Shown here: positions 1 through 10,400 of the stretch, piece by piece | How positions within the stretch are numbered: the stretch's first letter is position 1 | Layout: every line of letters starts with the position of its first letter | Notes under the pieces: generated by a model | Database searches by the model: none | The model's input: the letters and a program-made list of their open reading frames with translations, nothing else | What the model was told of the DNA's origin: nothing | Position numbers and translations under genes: made by a program | Assembly (NCBI GenBank): GCA_944350495.1 | Contig: CALVOZ010000002.1 | Location: 222,193-286,192, forward strand | DNA length: 64,000 nt | Origin: an uncultured Bacilli bacterium | GTDB lineage: Bacteria > Bacillota_I > Bacilli_A > RF39 > UBA660 | Reading direction: 5' to 3'

Positions 1-398
1 TTATTGATATCATCTCTAATTTTTTTACCAATAGTTTCAATATTATCATCTGGATTAATTGGAACCATAACCATTATTTCTTCGCTTTTATCATCAAAAG
101 ATACTTTGGCAACAAAAGAAATAACAATGTCATTATGTTCAAATATATGATGATTTGAAACAAACATATTTAATTTATTACGATTATATAAAACTTTACC
201 TATAGCCGCTAAAAAAGCGTGAAAATAAGTATATTTATAACCTTGCTCTTTTTTATTATTAATATATTTAACTAAGTTTGTAACATCCATTTTTTGATTG
301 ATATATACATCACTATTGCAACGCTCTGGCTTTAGATCAATCATTATTTGTTGCATTCCTGTTATATTTTTAACTCTTTTAGCATTTTGTGTTCCCAT
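1..398 (-). CDS. E2-type acyltransferase catalytic-domain (CAT-like fold) family protein, N-terminal part; 3' end lies outside the window
   Basis: The reverse frame is open from the window edge to the ATG (CAT at 396-398), which is preceded by AGAGGTG. The translation MGTQNAKRVKNITGMQQIMIDLKPERCNSDVYINQKMDVTNLVKYI...YTYFHAFLAAIGKVL resembles the short clostridial proteins annotated as 2-oxo acid dehydrogenase subunit E2. This is from memory and was not searched. Confidence 0.4.
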   Translation of the reverse strand, partial: MGTQNAKRVKNITGMQQIMIDLKPERCNSDVYINQKMDVTNLVKYINNKKEQGYKYTYFHAFLAAIGKVLYNRNKLNMFVSNHHIFEHNDIVISFVAKVSFDDKSEEIMVMVPINPDDNIETIGKKIRDDIN

Positions 399-501
399 AT
401 AACACCTCTATTAATTTTCTATATTATAACATAAATTTTATCAATAAAAAATTGTATTAGGTGATAAATAATGTTAAAATATTTTCAATTGGAGGAATAA
501 T

Positions 502-2445
502 ATGTTTGAATTAGTATCAAAATATCAGCCAAGTGGGGATCAACCAAAGGCTATAAGAAAATTGGTTGAAGGTATAAAAAAAGGAGAAAAACATCAGGTT
601 TTATTAGGAGTAACAGGTAGTGGTAAAACATTCACAATTGCTAATGTAATTAAAGAAGTTAATAAACCTACTTTGGTTTTAGCGCATAATAAAACATTGG
701 CTGGTCAACTATATTCAGAATTTAAGGAGTTATTTCCAAATAATGCGGTCGAATATTTTGTTTCATATTATGATTACTATCAACCAGAGGCTTATGTAGC
801 TAAAACTGATACATATATTGAAAAAGATGCTTCAATAAATGATGAAATCGATGAATTAAGACATTCGGCAACCGCGGCTCTTTTGAGACGCCGAGATGTA
901 ATTATTGTCGCATCTGTTTCATGCATTTATGGTATTGGTGATATAGAAGATTATAAAAGTAAAATGTTAACAATAAATGTTGGTGATAATGTTGAGAGAG
1001 ATGAAATATTAGAAAAATTAATTTCAATGTTATATGAACGTAATAATATGGATTTTAAACGCGGTACCTTTAGAGCTAAAGGCGATATATTAGAGATAAT
1101 TCCTGCAAGTGAACACTCTAAAGGAATTAGGGTTGAATTCTTTGGAGACGAAGTAGATAGAATAAGCGAGTTTGATCCATTGACCGGTGCGATTTTAGTT
1201 AATAAAAAAACTGTTAGTATTTTTCCAGCTAGTCACTTTGTAACATCAGAAGAAAAAATAAAAAAAGCAGTCGAAAATATTAATTTAGAATTAAAAGAAC
1301 AATTAGCTAAATTTAAAAATGAAAATAAATTATTAGAGTATCAAAGATTAGAAGAACGAACAAATTATGATATGGAAATGTTATTGGAAACTGGTTCTTG
1401 TCGTGGAGTGGAAAACTATTCTCGACATCTAGCTCTTAAACAGCCTGGAGAAACTCCTTCGACATTAATAGATTTTTTTGGAGACGATTTTCTTTTAGTA
1501 GTCGATGAATCGCATGTTACAATTCCTCAAGTTCGTGGCATGTATAATGGTGATAAAGCTAGAAAAGAAATTTTAGTTGAATATGGTTTTAGATTGCCAA
1601 GTGCTTTAGATAACAGACCATTGAAATTTACAGAATTCGAAAAAAAATTAAATCAAGTAATTTATATTTCTGCTACTCCAGGTGATTATGAAAAAGAGAA
1701 AAGCAAAAATATTATTGAACAAATTATTAGACCGACAGGATTGTTAGATCCAATAATTGAAGTTCATCCTTCTAATGGTCAAATTGATGATTTAGTTGAA
1801 CAAATTAATATTATGAAAGAAAAAGGGTCTAGAGTTTTAGTTACTACTTTAACAATTAGAATGGCTGAAGAATTAACTAATTATTTAAAGAAATTAGACA
1901 TGAAAGTTGCCTATTTACACTCTGAAGTTAAAACTTTGGAACGTATGGAAATAATTAGAGATTTAAGATTAGGAAAATATGATGTATTAGTAGGTATAAA
2001 TTTACTTAGAGAAGGATTAGATATTCCTGAAGTTGAATTAGTTGCTATTATGGATGCTGATAAGCAAGGATTCCTAAGAAGTACTCGTAGTTTAATTCAG
2101 ACTATTGGTCGTGCTGCTCGTAATGCCAATGGTAAAGTTATTATGTATGCTGATAATGTTAGTGAATCAATGGATGAAGCAATTACTGAAACTAATCGAA
2201 GAAGAACTATTCAGGAAAAATATAATTTAGATAATAATATTGTTCCAAAAACAATAATTAAGGAAGTACGTGAGGTAATTTCTAATACTCAATCTACTAT
2301 TAAAAAACAACAAAAAATTAGCAAGAAAGAAAAGAATGAATTATTAATTAGAATTGAAAGTGAAATGAAAGAAGCGGCGAAGAATCTTGACTTTGAAAGA
2401 GCAATGGAATTAAGAGATGCTTTATTTGAATTAAAAAGTGAATAA
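502..2445 (+). CDS. uvrB: Excinuclease ABC subunit B
   Basis: 647 aa with Walker A GVTGSGKT, helicase motifs ([13 protein letters not shown]) and a C-terminal UVR motif ([10 protein letters not shown]). RBS GGAGG precedes the ATG. Confidence 0.97.
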   Translation: MFELVSKYQPSGDQPKAIRKLVEGIKKGEKHQVLLGVTGSGKTFTIANVIKEVNKPTLVLAHNKTLAGQLYSEFKELFPNNAVEYFVSYYDYYQPEAYVAKTDTYIEKDASINDEIDELRHSATAALLRRRDVIIVASVSCIYGIGDIEDYKSKMLTINVGDNVERDEILEKLISMLYERNNMDFKRGTFRAKGDILEIIPASEHSKGIRVEFFGDEVDRISEFDPLTGAILVNKKTVSIFPASHFVTSEEKIKKAVENINLELKEQLAKFKNENKLLEYQRLEERTNYDMEMLLETGSCRGVENYSRHLALKQPGETPSTLIDFFGDDFLLVVDESHVTIPQVRGMYNGDKARKEILVEYGFRLPSALDNRPLKFTEFEKKLNQVIYISATPGDYEKEKSKNIIEQIIRPTGLLDPIIEVHPSNGQIDDLVEQINIMKEKGSRVLVTTLTIRMAEELTNYLKKLDMKVAYLHSEVKTLERMEIIRDLRLGKYDVLVGINLLREGLDIPEVELVAIMDADKQGFLRSTRSLIQTIGRAARNANGKVIMYADNVSESMDEAITETNRRRTIQEKYNLDNNIVPKTIIKEVREVISNTQSTIKKQQKISKKEKNELLIRIESEMKEAAKNLDFERAMELRDALFELKSE

Positions 2446-2472
2446 TGGTATAATTGTCAATGGAGATGGACT

Positions 2473-2910
2473 ATGAAGAAGGAAACAATGAAAAAAGAAG
2501 TAGTAGTGAAAAAAGAGAAAATAAATAAATATTTAGATTGGTTTATTCATATGCTTGGATATACATTAGTACTTATTACTGTATCAGTTGTTTTTGATGA
2601 TACTGTATATATAGATAATCAGTTTTTTGGCCTATGGGGGCTATTAGCTATTATTATAGTGTATATATTAAACAGGACAGTAAAGCCAGTTTTAGTATGG
2701 TTAACATTACCTTTAACTGCTCTTACGTTAGGTCTATTTTATCCACTTACTAATGTGTTAGTACTTAAGGTTGCAGATTGGATCTTAGGGGTTCATTTTG
2801 AAATAAACGGAATATTTATGGTGTTTTTTGTATCAATAATTATATCAATTATGAATGCTATTATGGATAATGTTATAATTGATACATTTTTGAAGGAATA
2901 TAAAAAATGA
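2473..2910 (+). CDS. Phage holin family / DUF360 (YvlD-like) membrane protein
   Basis: 145 aa with about 4 TM segments. RTVKPVLVWLTLPLTALTLGLF matches the Phage_holin_4_2 signature. Its stop overlaps the lgt start (ATGA). Confidence 0.75.
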   Translation: MKKETMKKEVVVKKEKINKYLDWFIHMLGYTLVLITVSVVFDDTVYIDNQFFGLWGLLAIIIVYILNRTVKPVLVWLTLPLTALTLGLFYPLTNVLVLKVADWILGVHFEINGIFMVFFVSIIISIMNAIMDNVIIDTFLKEYKK

Positions 2911-3695
2911 GTAATGTATTTTTAAAAATAGGGCCAATTACAATATATTGGTATTCAATCTTTATTTTAACTGCATTTATTTTAGGCTATTTTTTGGCGA
3001 CTAAAGAGTTTAAGCGTCAAAAATTGCCTCTTACATTTTTAAATGACTACTTCTTTTATTTAGTTCCAATTGTTATAATTGGAGCTAGATTATACTATGT
3101 TATTTTTGAATGGGAATTTTATGCTAATAATTTATCGCAAATAATAGCTGTATGGAATGGTGGCTTAGCCATTCATGGCGGAGTATTTGCTGGTCTAATT
3201 TTTACATTTTATTATACAAAGAAGCATTATATAAATACATTAAAATTGATGGATATTGTGGCTCCTGCTCTTATTATCGGTCAAGCAATTGGTCGCTGGG
3301 GTAATTTCTTTAATCAGGAAGCATACGGCCCAGCTACTACATTAGAAACGTTACAAAAATTACCAATTCCACAGTTCATAATTGATGGAATGAATATTGC
3401 TGGTACTTATTATCATCCAACTTTCTTTTATGAGTCTATGGCCTGTTTATTAGGATTTATAATTATGATGGTTGTAAGAAGAAGTAAAAAAATAAAATTA
3501 GGTCAAATATCAGCAATCTACTTTATAATATATGGAATTGCAAGATTTTTTATTGAAGCTTTAAGACAAGACAGTTTAATGCTAGGAAGTATTAAAGTTG
3601 CTCAGTTGGTTTCTATTTTGTTGGTATTAGTTGGTCTTACTTTATTTGTAAGACAATTACATTCAAAAAAATTATATAATGAAAAGAGTGAATAA
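2907..3695 (+). CDS. lgt: Prolipoprotein diacylglyceryl transferase
   Basis: 262-aa polytopic protein with GGLAIHGG and GRWGNFFNQEAYG motifs. Confidence 0.93.
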   Translation: MSNVFLKIGPITIYWYSIFILTAFILGYFLATKEFKRQKLPLTFLNDYFFYLVPIVIIGARLYYVIFEWEFYANNLSQIIAVWNGGLAIHGGVFAGLIFTFYYTKKHYINTLKLMDIVAPALIIGQAIGRWGNFFNQEAYGPATTLETLQKLPIPQFIIDGMNIAGTYYHPTFFYESMACLLGFIIMMVVRRSKKIKLGQISAIYFIIYGIARFFIEALRQDSLMLGSIKVAQLVSILLVLVGLTLFVRQLHSKKLYNEKSE

Positions 3696-4646
3696 ATGAA
3701 TAAAAAAATAGTAGTTCTAGGTGGTGGTACAGGTATGTCTACCTTACTTAGAGGATTAAAACAATTTCCAGTTGATATAACAGCTTTAGTTTCCGTATGT
3801 GATGATGGCGGTAGTACTGGAATTTTAAGAGAAGAGTTTAATATTCCAGCTGTTGGCGATATTAGACGTGTTTTAGTTTCTTTATCTGAAACTGAACCAT
3901 TGGTTATGGACTTATTTAATTACAGATTCAAAACAACAAGTGATTTAAGTGGCCATACGGTAGGAAATTTGTTGTTGACTGCGATGACTGAAATAACTGG
4001 TAATTTATCAGACGGAATTGAATCTTTAAGTAAAGTTTTAAATTTAAAAGGTAAAGTTGTCCCTTTAACTGAAGATAACGTTGTTTTAATGGCTGAAATG
4101 GAAGATGGTTGTATTGTTCAAGGTGAACACAATATTACTGTTGATAAAAGAAAAATTCAAAGAGTATTTTATAAAGACGAACCAGTTCCTACGCAAGAGG
4201 CTGTAAATGCTATAAAAGAAGCAGATTTAATTATATTAAGTATGGGAAGTTTATTTACAAGTGTAATTCCAAATTTAATATGTGATCGAATTGTTGAGAC
4301 TATAGATGAGTCAAATGCTAAAATAATGTATGTATGTAATATGATGACTCAACCTGGTGAAACAGACGATTTTACAGTTACCGATCACGTTAAGATGATG
4401 AATGAATATCTAGGAAAAAGAAAAATAGATGTAGTAATTGCTAATAAAGGAAAAATAGATAGCAAATTAGCAAAAAAATATGAAACTGCAGAACAAAAAG
4501 ATGCTGTTATCTATGATTCAAAAAATTTTAGTCAAATAAGTGCTAAAGTTATTGGTGATGATTTTGTGGCAATTTATAATGACTTAGTAAGACATGATGT
4601 TACAAAACTAGGCTTTCATATTTTCTCATATTTATTAAAAATGTAG
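3696..4646 (+). CDS. yvcK: YvcK-type gluconeogenesis factor (CofD-like fold)
   Basis: N-terminus VVLGGGTGMSTLLRGLK. It lies immediately upstream of whiA, as in Bacillus. Confidence 0.9.
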   Translation: MNKKIVVLGGGTGMSTLLRGLKQFPVDITALVSVCDDGGSTGILREEFNIPAVGDIRRVLVSLSETEPLVMDLFNYRFKTTSDLSGHTVGNLLLTAMTEITGNLSDGIESLSKVLNLKGKVVPLTEDNVVLMAEMEDGCIVQGEHNITVDKRKIQRVFYKDEPVPTQEAVNAIKEADLIILSMGSLFTSVIPNLICDRIVETIDESNAKIMYVCNMMTQPGETDDFTVTDHVKMMNEYLGKRKIDVVIANKGKIDSKLAKKYETAEQKDAVIYDSKNFSQISAKVIGDDFVAIYNDLVRHDVTKLGFHIFSYLLKM

Positions 4647-4654
4647 GTGATAAT

Positions 4655-5569
4655 ATGTCCTTTACAAGTACTGTAAAAAATGAAGTAAGTAAGATTGAAG
4701 AGCAAAAAGTAGAACAAATAGCCGAGTTATCGGCTCTTTTGCGTAATAGCTCTGAAATTAGTGATATTATAAAAATAACAACTGAAAATTCGTCAGTAGC
4801 TAGATTAATATTTAATAGTTTAAAAAGCCTATATGCCGTTACTCCTAAAATTACAGTACGTAATGGCTATAATTATAGTAAAAAATATATTTATATTTTA
4901 GAACTAAGCAAAAAAGTTGAAGAAATTAAAAAAGATTTATGCTTAGATGTTTTAATACCTAAAGACTACCTTATTGATGATGATATAACTAAAAGAGCAT
5001 ATTTAAGAGGAGTATTTTTATCAAGTGGTAGTGTTAATGACCCTAAGAAATCAAGATATCATTTGGAATTCTTTGTAAATGACTCAGAGTATGCATCATT
5101 CATATCTAATTTAATAAATGAATATGATTTAAATAGTAAGGTTATAAAAAAGGACAACAAATATATGATATACGTAAAAGAGGCTGAAAAAATTGGAGAC
5201 TTCTTACGAATGATTCATGCTATTCAGGCATTGTTTTATTATGAAGATATTAGAATTTATAGAGATCATAAAAATATGACTAATCGTCTTAATAACTGTG
5301 AACAAGCTAATGTTGATAAAATTATTGAATCAGCTATGAAACAGGTCGATGATATTGAACTTATTAATAGTGTTGGGGGCTTGGACTTACTTAGTGAAAA
5401 AGAACAAGTAGTAGCTGTTTATCGAATGAAATATAAGGAAGCATCGTTGCAAGAATTAAGTGAGATAATAACACTTGAAACAGGCAATAAAATAACTAAA
5501 TCCGGCTTAAATCATCGTTTTAAAAAAATAAAAGATTTAGCCCTTAAGATAAAAGAGAAGAGTAATTAA
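4655..5569 (+). CDS. whiA: DNA-binding protein WhiA
   Basis: 304 aa with a degenerate LAGLIDADG-type core (RAYLRGVFLSSGSVNDP) and a C-terminal HTH (LQELSEIITLETGNKITKSGLNHRFKKI). Synteny with yvcK supports the call. Confidence 0.92.
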   Translation: MSFTSTVKNEVSKIEEQKVEQIAELSALLRNSSEISDIIKITTENSSVARLIFNSLKSLYAVTPKITVRNGYNYSKKYIYILELSKKVEEIKKDLCLDVLIPKDYLIDDDITKRAYLRGVFLSSGSVNDPKKSRYHLEFFVNDSEYASFISNLINEYDLNSKVIKKDNKYMIYVKEAEKIGDFLRMIHAIQALFYYEDIRIYRDHKNMTNRLNNCEQANVDKIIESAMKQVDDIELINSVGGLDLLSEKEQVVAVYRMKYKEASLQELSEIITLETGNKITKSGLNHRFKKIKDLALKIKEKSN

Positions 5570-5590
5570 CTCTTCTTTTAATTGCTTTTT
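5551..5590 (+). terminator. Putative intrinsic terminator after whiA
   Basis: GAAGAG / CTCTTC stem with AT extensions and loop TAATTAA, followed by a T-rich tract. It overlaps the whiA stop. Confidence 0.45.
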
Positions 5591-5625
5591 TATAGTATAA
5601 TAGTTATGAGACAAGGGGATGATTT

Positions 5626-6600
5626 ATGGATACTTTATTCAATAAATTAAATGAAATTTTTAAAAGCCACAGTAAAATTGTAATTATGGCTCATAATGAT
5701 CCAGACTTAGATGGGATTTCGTCTTCATTAGCTTTAAATTATATTTTAGATAAATTGGAAATTGAAAGTTATGTTTTTCTATCAAAAAAAGAATTTGTGG
5801 AGTATAATAATTCAGTGTCACAATTATTAATGCGTGTTAATAATGCTAATTTTCTATATCCCGATAATTATAAAGATGTAATCGATGAAAATACTGGACT
5901 AGTTATATTAGATGTTCATCAAAGAGAAAGAATAGAATATCCGGATATTTTAGATGATATAAAAAATGTTATTGTATTAGATCATCACATAAAAAATAAT
6001 TGCTATATTAGAGATACAGAATTATTTTATATTGATTCAACTATTTCTAGTATGGCAGAATTTATGGTAAAATATGCTAAAAACTTAAATATTAATTTTA
6101 ATACTTTATTATCAAGTGCGTTATTAGCAGGAATTGAGATAGATACAAATAGTTTTACTTTAAAAACTACTGAGGAAACATTTAAGGCTGCAGCTCATTT
6201 GACTAGTATGGGTGCTGATAGTGTTTTGAAGCAAGAATTGCTAAAAGAAAGTAAAGATGACTATTTAAGAAGAGCTGATTTTATTCGCAGTAGTTATGTC
6301 ATTAACAAAAATATTGCAATATGTCCTCTTACTGTATTAAAAACATCGAAGGAAGAATTAGCCGAAATAGCTGAAGAACTTTTAAAGTTTGAATATATTG
6401 ATGCTTCTTTTGCAATCGGCTTATTAAGTGAAAATGAGGTTGGTGTTAGTGCTCGCTCAATTGGAAATATTAATGTATGTGACATTATGAAAATTTTAGG
6501 TGGCGGTGGACATTTAACAAATGCTGCTTGCCAAATAAGTAATTCAACAGTTAAAGAGATTGAAAGAAAACTTCAAAAAGTATTGGGGGAATTAGAATGA
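5626..6600 (+). CDS. DHH/DHHA1 phosphoesterase, GdpP-like catalytic module only
   Basis: 324 aa with MAHNDPDLDGISSS, VLDHH and a SARSIGNINVCDIMKILGGGGHLTNAACQ tail typical of the GdpP DHHA1 domain. It occupies the gdpP position upstream of rplI-dnaB. Confidence 0.8.
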   Translation: MDTLFNKLNEIFKSHSKIVIMAHNDPDLDGISSSLALNYILDKLEIESYVFLSKKEFVEYNNSVSQLLMRVNNANFLYPDNYKDVIDENTGLVILDVHQRERIEYPDILDDIKNVIVLDHHIKNNCYIRDTELFYIDSTISSMAEFMVKYAKNLNINFNTLLSSALLAGIEIDTNSFTLKTTEETFKAAAHLTSMGADSVLKQELLKESKDDYLRRADFIRSSYVINKNIAICPLTVLKTSKEELAEIAEELLKFEYIDASFAIGLLSENEVGVSARSIGNINVCDIMKILGGGGHLTNAACQISNSTVKEIERKLQKVLGELE

Positions 6601-7034
6601 AAATAATTTTATTAGAAGATGTACGTAAACAAGGAAAAAAAGGAGATATTTTGGAAGTTAAAGATGGGTATGGAACGTTTTTAATTAAGAATAAACAAGC
6701 CGTAGTAGCATCACAAGGGAATTTAACTCATTTAGAAAAAGAAAATGCTGCTAAAGCTGCTTCTTTAGCTCAAGATATTAAAGATGCAGAAAATTTAAAA
6801 AATAAATTAGAAAAACTTGAATTAACTTTTAAAGTTAAAACAGGTGAAGGTGATAAAGTATTTGGTAGTATTAGTCCAAAGCAAATTGCTGAGAAATTAA
6901 AAGAAAACGGTTATACAATTGATAAGAAGCAAGTAAAGACAACAACTACTTTATCTTGCTTAGGCTATCATAATGTTGATATTGAGTTACATAAAAAAGT
7001 AACAGCAACAATTAAAGTATTATTAAATAAATAA
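6597..7034 (+). CDS. rplI: 50S ribosomal protein L9
   Basis: MKIILLEDVRKQGKKGDILEVKDGY N-terminus. The ATGA overlaps the upstream gene. Confidence 0.96.
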   Translation: MKIILLEDVRKQGKKGDILEVKDGYGTFLIKNKQAVVASQGNLTHLEKENAAKAASLAQDIKDAENLKNKLEKLELTFKVKTGEGDKVFGSISPKQIAEKLKENGYTIDKKQVKTTTTLSCLGYHNVDIELHKKVTATIKVLLNK

Positions 7035-7048
7035 AGGCGGTGAGCTTT

Positions 7049-8392
7049 ATGCCAGAAAGAACAATACCTCATAATATTGATGCAGAACAGTCAGTTATTG
7101 GTTCTATGTTCTTAACTAAAAAAGCATTGCAAAAATCATTAGAAATGTTAATGCCAGATGATTTTTATTTAGATTCACACAACAAAATCTTTAGTTGCAT
7201 TAAAAATATTGATGAGCAAAAAAGACCAGTTGATTTAACAACTGTTGCAGAAGAGTTAAATGTTAGAGGTTGGCTAAAACAAATTGGTGATGTTGACTAT
7301 TTAGCTGAAGTTATTAATAGCGTACCGACAACTGCAAATATTGATGAATATATTAAAATAGTTTCAGAAAAATCTTTACTTAGAAAACTGATTGATGAAG
7401 CTACTTCAATTGTTCAAGAAAGTTATAAAGTTGGAGGAAATATTAGTGATTTCTTATATACATCACAAAAGAAGATAGCTGATGTATCACAAGGATTGAG
7501 AAGTGTTGAATTTAAGCCAATTCAAGCTGTATTGACTAAAACTCAATCAGATTTAGAAGCTTTAGCATCTAAAAAAGGTGAAATAACAGGTATTCCAACA
7601 GGATTTTATGATTTGGATAAAATTACATCAGGATTTCATCCACATGAATTAATAATTATTGCTGCTCGCCCTGGTATGGGAAAAACTGCTATTGCTCTTA
7701 ATATTGTTACTAATATGGCTATAAATGCTAAAAAAACAGTAGCTTTATTTAATATGGAAATGGGTGCAGAACAATTAGTAACAAGAATGCTTTCATCAGT
7801 TGGTCAAATTGATGGCGGTAAGTTAAAGACAGGAAATTTAGAACATAATGATTGGAAAAGAATTAATGAGGCAATCAGTAGATTATCAAATACTAAAATT
7901 TTTATAGATGATACGGCCGGGCAAACAGTAGCCGACATTCGTTCTAAATGCCGTCGTTTAAAGAGCTCTGCGAGCGGATTAGATATAGTTATAATTGATT
8001 ATTTAACACTTATTCAAAGCGCTAATAGAGGCGGTGCAACAGGTCAAAATAGGCAACAAGAGGTAGCAGATATTTCTAGAGCATTAAAAACTATGGCTAT
8101 GGAATTAGATGTCCCTATTATAGCTCTTTCACAACTATCACGTGGTATTGAACAACGTACCGATAAAAAACCGATGTTAAGTGACTTAAGAGAATCTGGA
8201 GCTATAGAGCAAGATGCCGATATTGTTGCATTTTTACACTGTTCTGATGAAGAAAAAGAAAAAGAAGATAGTTTAATGGAATTTGTTATTAGAAAACATC
8301 GTAACGGTCCATTAATGGATATTCCACTTATTTTTAAACGAGCAACAAGTTCGTTTGTTAATGTTGCTACGAGTGGTGTATCTGAGGAATAA
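7049..8392 (+). CDS. dnaB: Replicative DNA helicase
   Basis: IPHNIDAEQSVIGSM N-terminus, Walker A ARPGMGKT and SQLSRGIEQR. The ATG at 7049, 8 nt after AAGGCGG, is preferred over the GTG at 7040 in the ORF track. Confidence 0.95.
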   Translation: MPERTIPHNIDAEQSVIGSMFLTKKALQKSLEMLMPDDFYLDSHNKIFSCIKNIDEQKRPVDLTTVAEELNVRGWLKQIGDVDYLAEVINSVPTTANIDEYIKIVSEKSLLRKLIDEATSIVQESYKVGGNISDFLYTSQKKIADVSQGLRSVEFKPIQAVLTKTQSDLEALASKKGEITGIPTGFYDLDKITSGFHPHELIIIAARPGMGKTAIALNIVTNMAINAKKTVALFNMEMGAEQLVTRMLSSVGQIDGGKLKTGNLEHNDWKRINEAISRLSNTKIFIDDTAGQTVADIRSKCRRLKSSASGLDIVIIDYLTLIQSANRGGATGQNRQQEVADISRALKTMAMELDVPIIALSQLSRGIEQRTDKKPMLSDLRESGAIEQDADIVAFLHCSDEEKEKEDSLMEFVIRKHRNGPLMDIPLIFKRATSSFVNVATSGVSEE

Positions 8393-8403
8393 AAGGTGAT
8401 TTA

Positions 8404-10398
8404 GTGAAAAAAATATTATCAATAATCTTTCTTATATTAATTGGCTCTTTCGTATTTTATTTACAATTTAACTATGAAAGAAAGTATCAGCCAGGAAGTT
8501 ATTATCAAGTATATTTAGATGACGAAATTGTTGGTGTTATTGAATCAAAAGATGACTTTGATGAATATGTTTCAAAGCAAGGTCAATTGATAAAAAAGCA
8601 AGTTCAAAAGTATCAGGATAACTTAAAAACTTTAAATGAAATTGATTCTATTATTGAAGATAAGATAAAAAACAGCCAAGAAAAAAGCATCTATTTAAAG
8701 TATCGAGAAGACTATTTAGCGTTATCAAATTTAGTTACAACAAACGGCCAATTTGATGCCACTAATAAATCCGCTGTTGAAGAAATTATTAATAGATATC
8801 CTGCGGAATATACAATAGGGTTAATTATTGGTGATAGTCACATTGATAATTATGCTAATTTTTTAAATTTATTAGAGCAATATCTTGTAAACAAAAAGAC
8901 AGGATATTTAAATTCTATTAATACAAATGCTGATAAGTTAAATTTAAGTGAAAGCCAATTATATTATTTAGATTTATATAATGAATCTAAAGAGTTACAA
9001 GAAATAAGTTATATTAAACAAGCCTATATGATTAATTATGTTGAAGGCAATGAAATATATTTACACACTGATGATATCTATAAGCCATTAGGAGTATCTA
9101 TTCAAAAAGTAACAACTTATTCAGCAGAAATAGACACTGTTGAAGAAGTATATGATTATATTATTTCTAAAAAGGCATGTGCTGTAGAAGTATATCAATT
9201 TAGAATTAAGAAAACACCAAAACAAATTTTATCATTATATGGGACAATTGGTGGTGTTATGCTAGATGACTACAGTAAAATAACTTCAATTAATGCTGAA
9301 GACGTAATTATCTATGTAACAGAACCAGAAGTGTTTGAAGAAGCAGTTGAAAAATTACAATACGTATTTGTTGATGCTGATGTTTTAGATGCCTATAAAT
9401 CAGGAAATCAAAAAGAAATAGAGACAACAGGAGCACAAATTTTAGATATTTATGTTGAAGAAGATATTACTATTAAAAAAGAGAATGTTTCAGTAAGTGA
9501 AAAAATTTATAGTAATGCTGATGAATTATCAAGTTATTTATTATATGGTGAAGAAAAAGATATTCAAAAGGTAAAAGTATCATCAGAAGATACTGTTACA
9601 TCATTAACTTTTGATTATGGAATTAGTGTTGAGGAATTTTTTCTATCTAATCCTGAATTTACTAGTATCAATAATATTTTTTATGATGGTCAAGAGATAA
9701 TAATTGCTAAAACAGATCCTAAAATTAATATGGTAGTTGAGCAATATCTAGTTGAAAAGATGACTATCGAATATGATACCGTTGAAGAATATGATAGTAC
9801 TATTAATCAGGGAATGGAAATTGTTAAGCAAAAAGGTGAAAATGGTGAAGAATTAGTAGGACAAAATGTTCGAAGCGTAAATGGAACTATTACATTCGTT
9901 GAACCGGTTAGTTCAACAACAATTAAGCCAGCTAAAAGTAAAATTGTATCTATAGGAACAAAGATTATTCCAAATGTTGGTAGTTTATCTAGTTGGGGCT
10001 GGCCAACAAACAAAAATTATCGTATTTCTTCATACTTTGGTTGGAGAACAAGTCCAATAACAGGAGGACGTGAAATGCATGCTGGTATTGACATAGCTGG
10101 TACAGGTTATGGTTCTCCAATATATGCTACTAATAATGGAACAATTATGATTATGACTCGTGTTAGCTCATATGGAAATTATATAATTATTAATCACAAT
10201 AACGGTTATTACTCAACATATGCACATATGAAAGGCTTTGCTAAAGGTCTTAAGGTAGGTTCAACTGTATCACGTGGACAAATAATTGGTTATGTTGGAA
10301 CAACAGGATACTCTACTGGACCACATTTACACTTTGAAATAAGAAATTGCCCAAGATATTCTTGTGTTGTTAATCCACTTCCATATTTAAGAAAATAA
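8404..10398 (+). CDS. Membrane-anchored M23 family metallopeptidase with a G5-like domain
   Basis: GTG start after AAAGGTGAT and an N-terminal TM. A G5-like segment is present (EIVKQKGENGEELVGQNVRSVNGTITFVEP). The C-terminal M23 motifs are HAGIDIAG and GPHLHFEI. Confidence 0.85.
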   Translation: MKKILSIIFLILIGSFVFYLQFNYERKYQPGSYYQVYLDDEIVGVIESKDDFDEYVSKQGQLIKKQVQKYQDNLKTLNEIDSIIEDKIKNSQEKSIYLKYREDYLALSNLVTTNGQFDATNKSAVEEIINRYPAEYTIGLIIGDSHIDNYANFLNLLEQYLVNKKTGYLNSINTNADKLNLSESQLYYLDLYNESKELQEISYIKQAYMINYVEGNEIYLHTDDIYKPLGVSIQKVTTYSAEIDTVEEVYDYIISKKACAVEVYQFRIKKTPKQILSLYGTIGGVMLDDYSKITSINAEDVIIYVTEPEVFEEAVEKLQYVFVDADVLDAYKSGNQKEIETTGAQILDIYVEEDITIKKENVSVSEKIYSNADELSSYLLYGEEKDIQKVKVSSEDTVTSLTFDYGISVEEFFLSNPEFTSINNIFYDGQEIIIAKTDPKINMVVEQYLVEKMTIEYDTVEEYDSTINQGMEIVKQKGENGEELVGQNVRSVNGTITFVEPVSSTTIKPAKSKIVSIGTKIIPNVGSLSSWGWPTNKNYRISSYFGWRTSPITGGREMHAGIDIAGTGYGSPIYATNNGTIMIMTRVSSYGNYIIINHNNGYYSTYAHMKGFAKGLKVGSTVSRGQIIGYVGTTGYSTGPHLHFEIRNCPRYSCVVNPLPYLRK

Positions 10399-10400
10399 TA

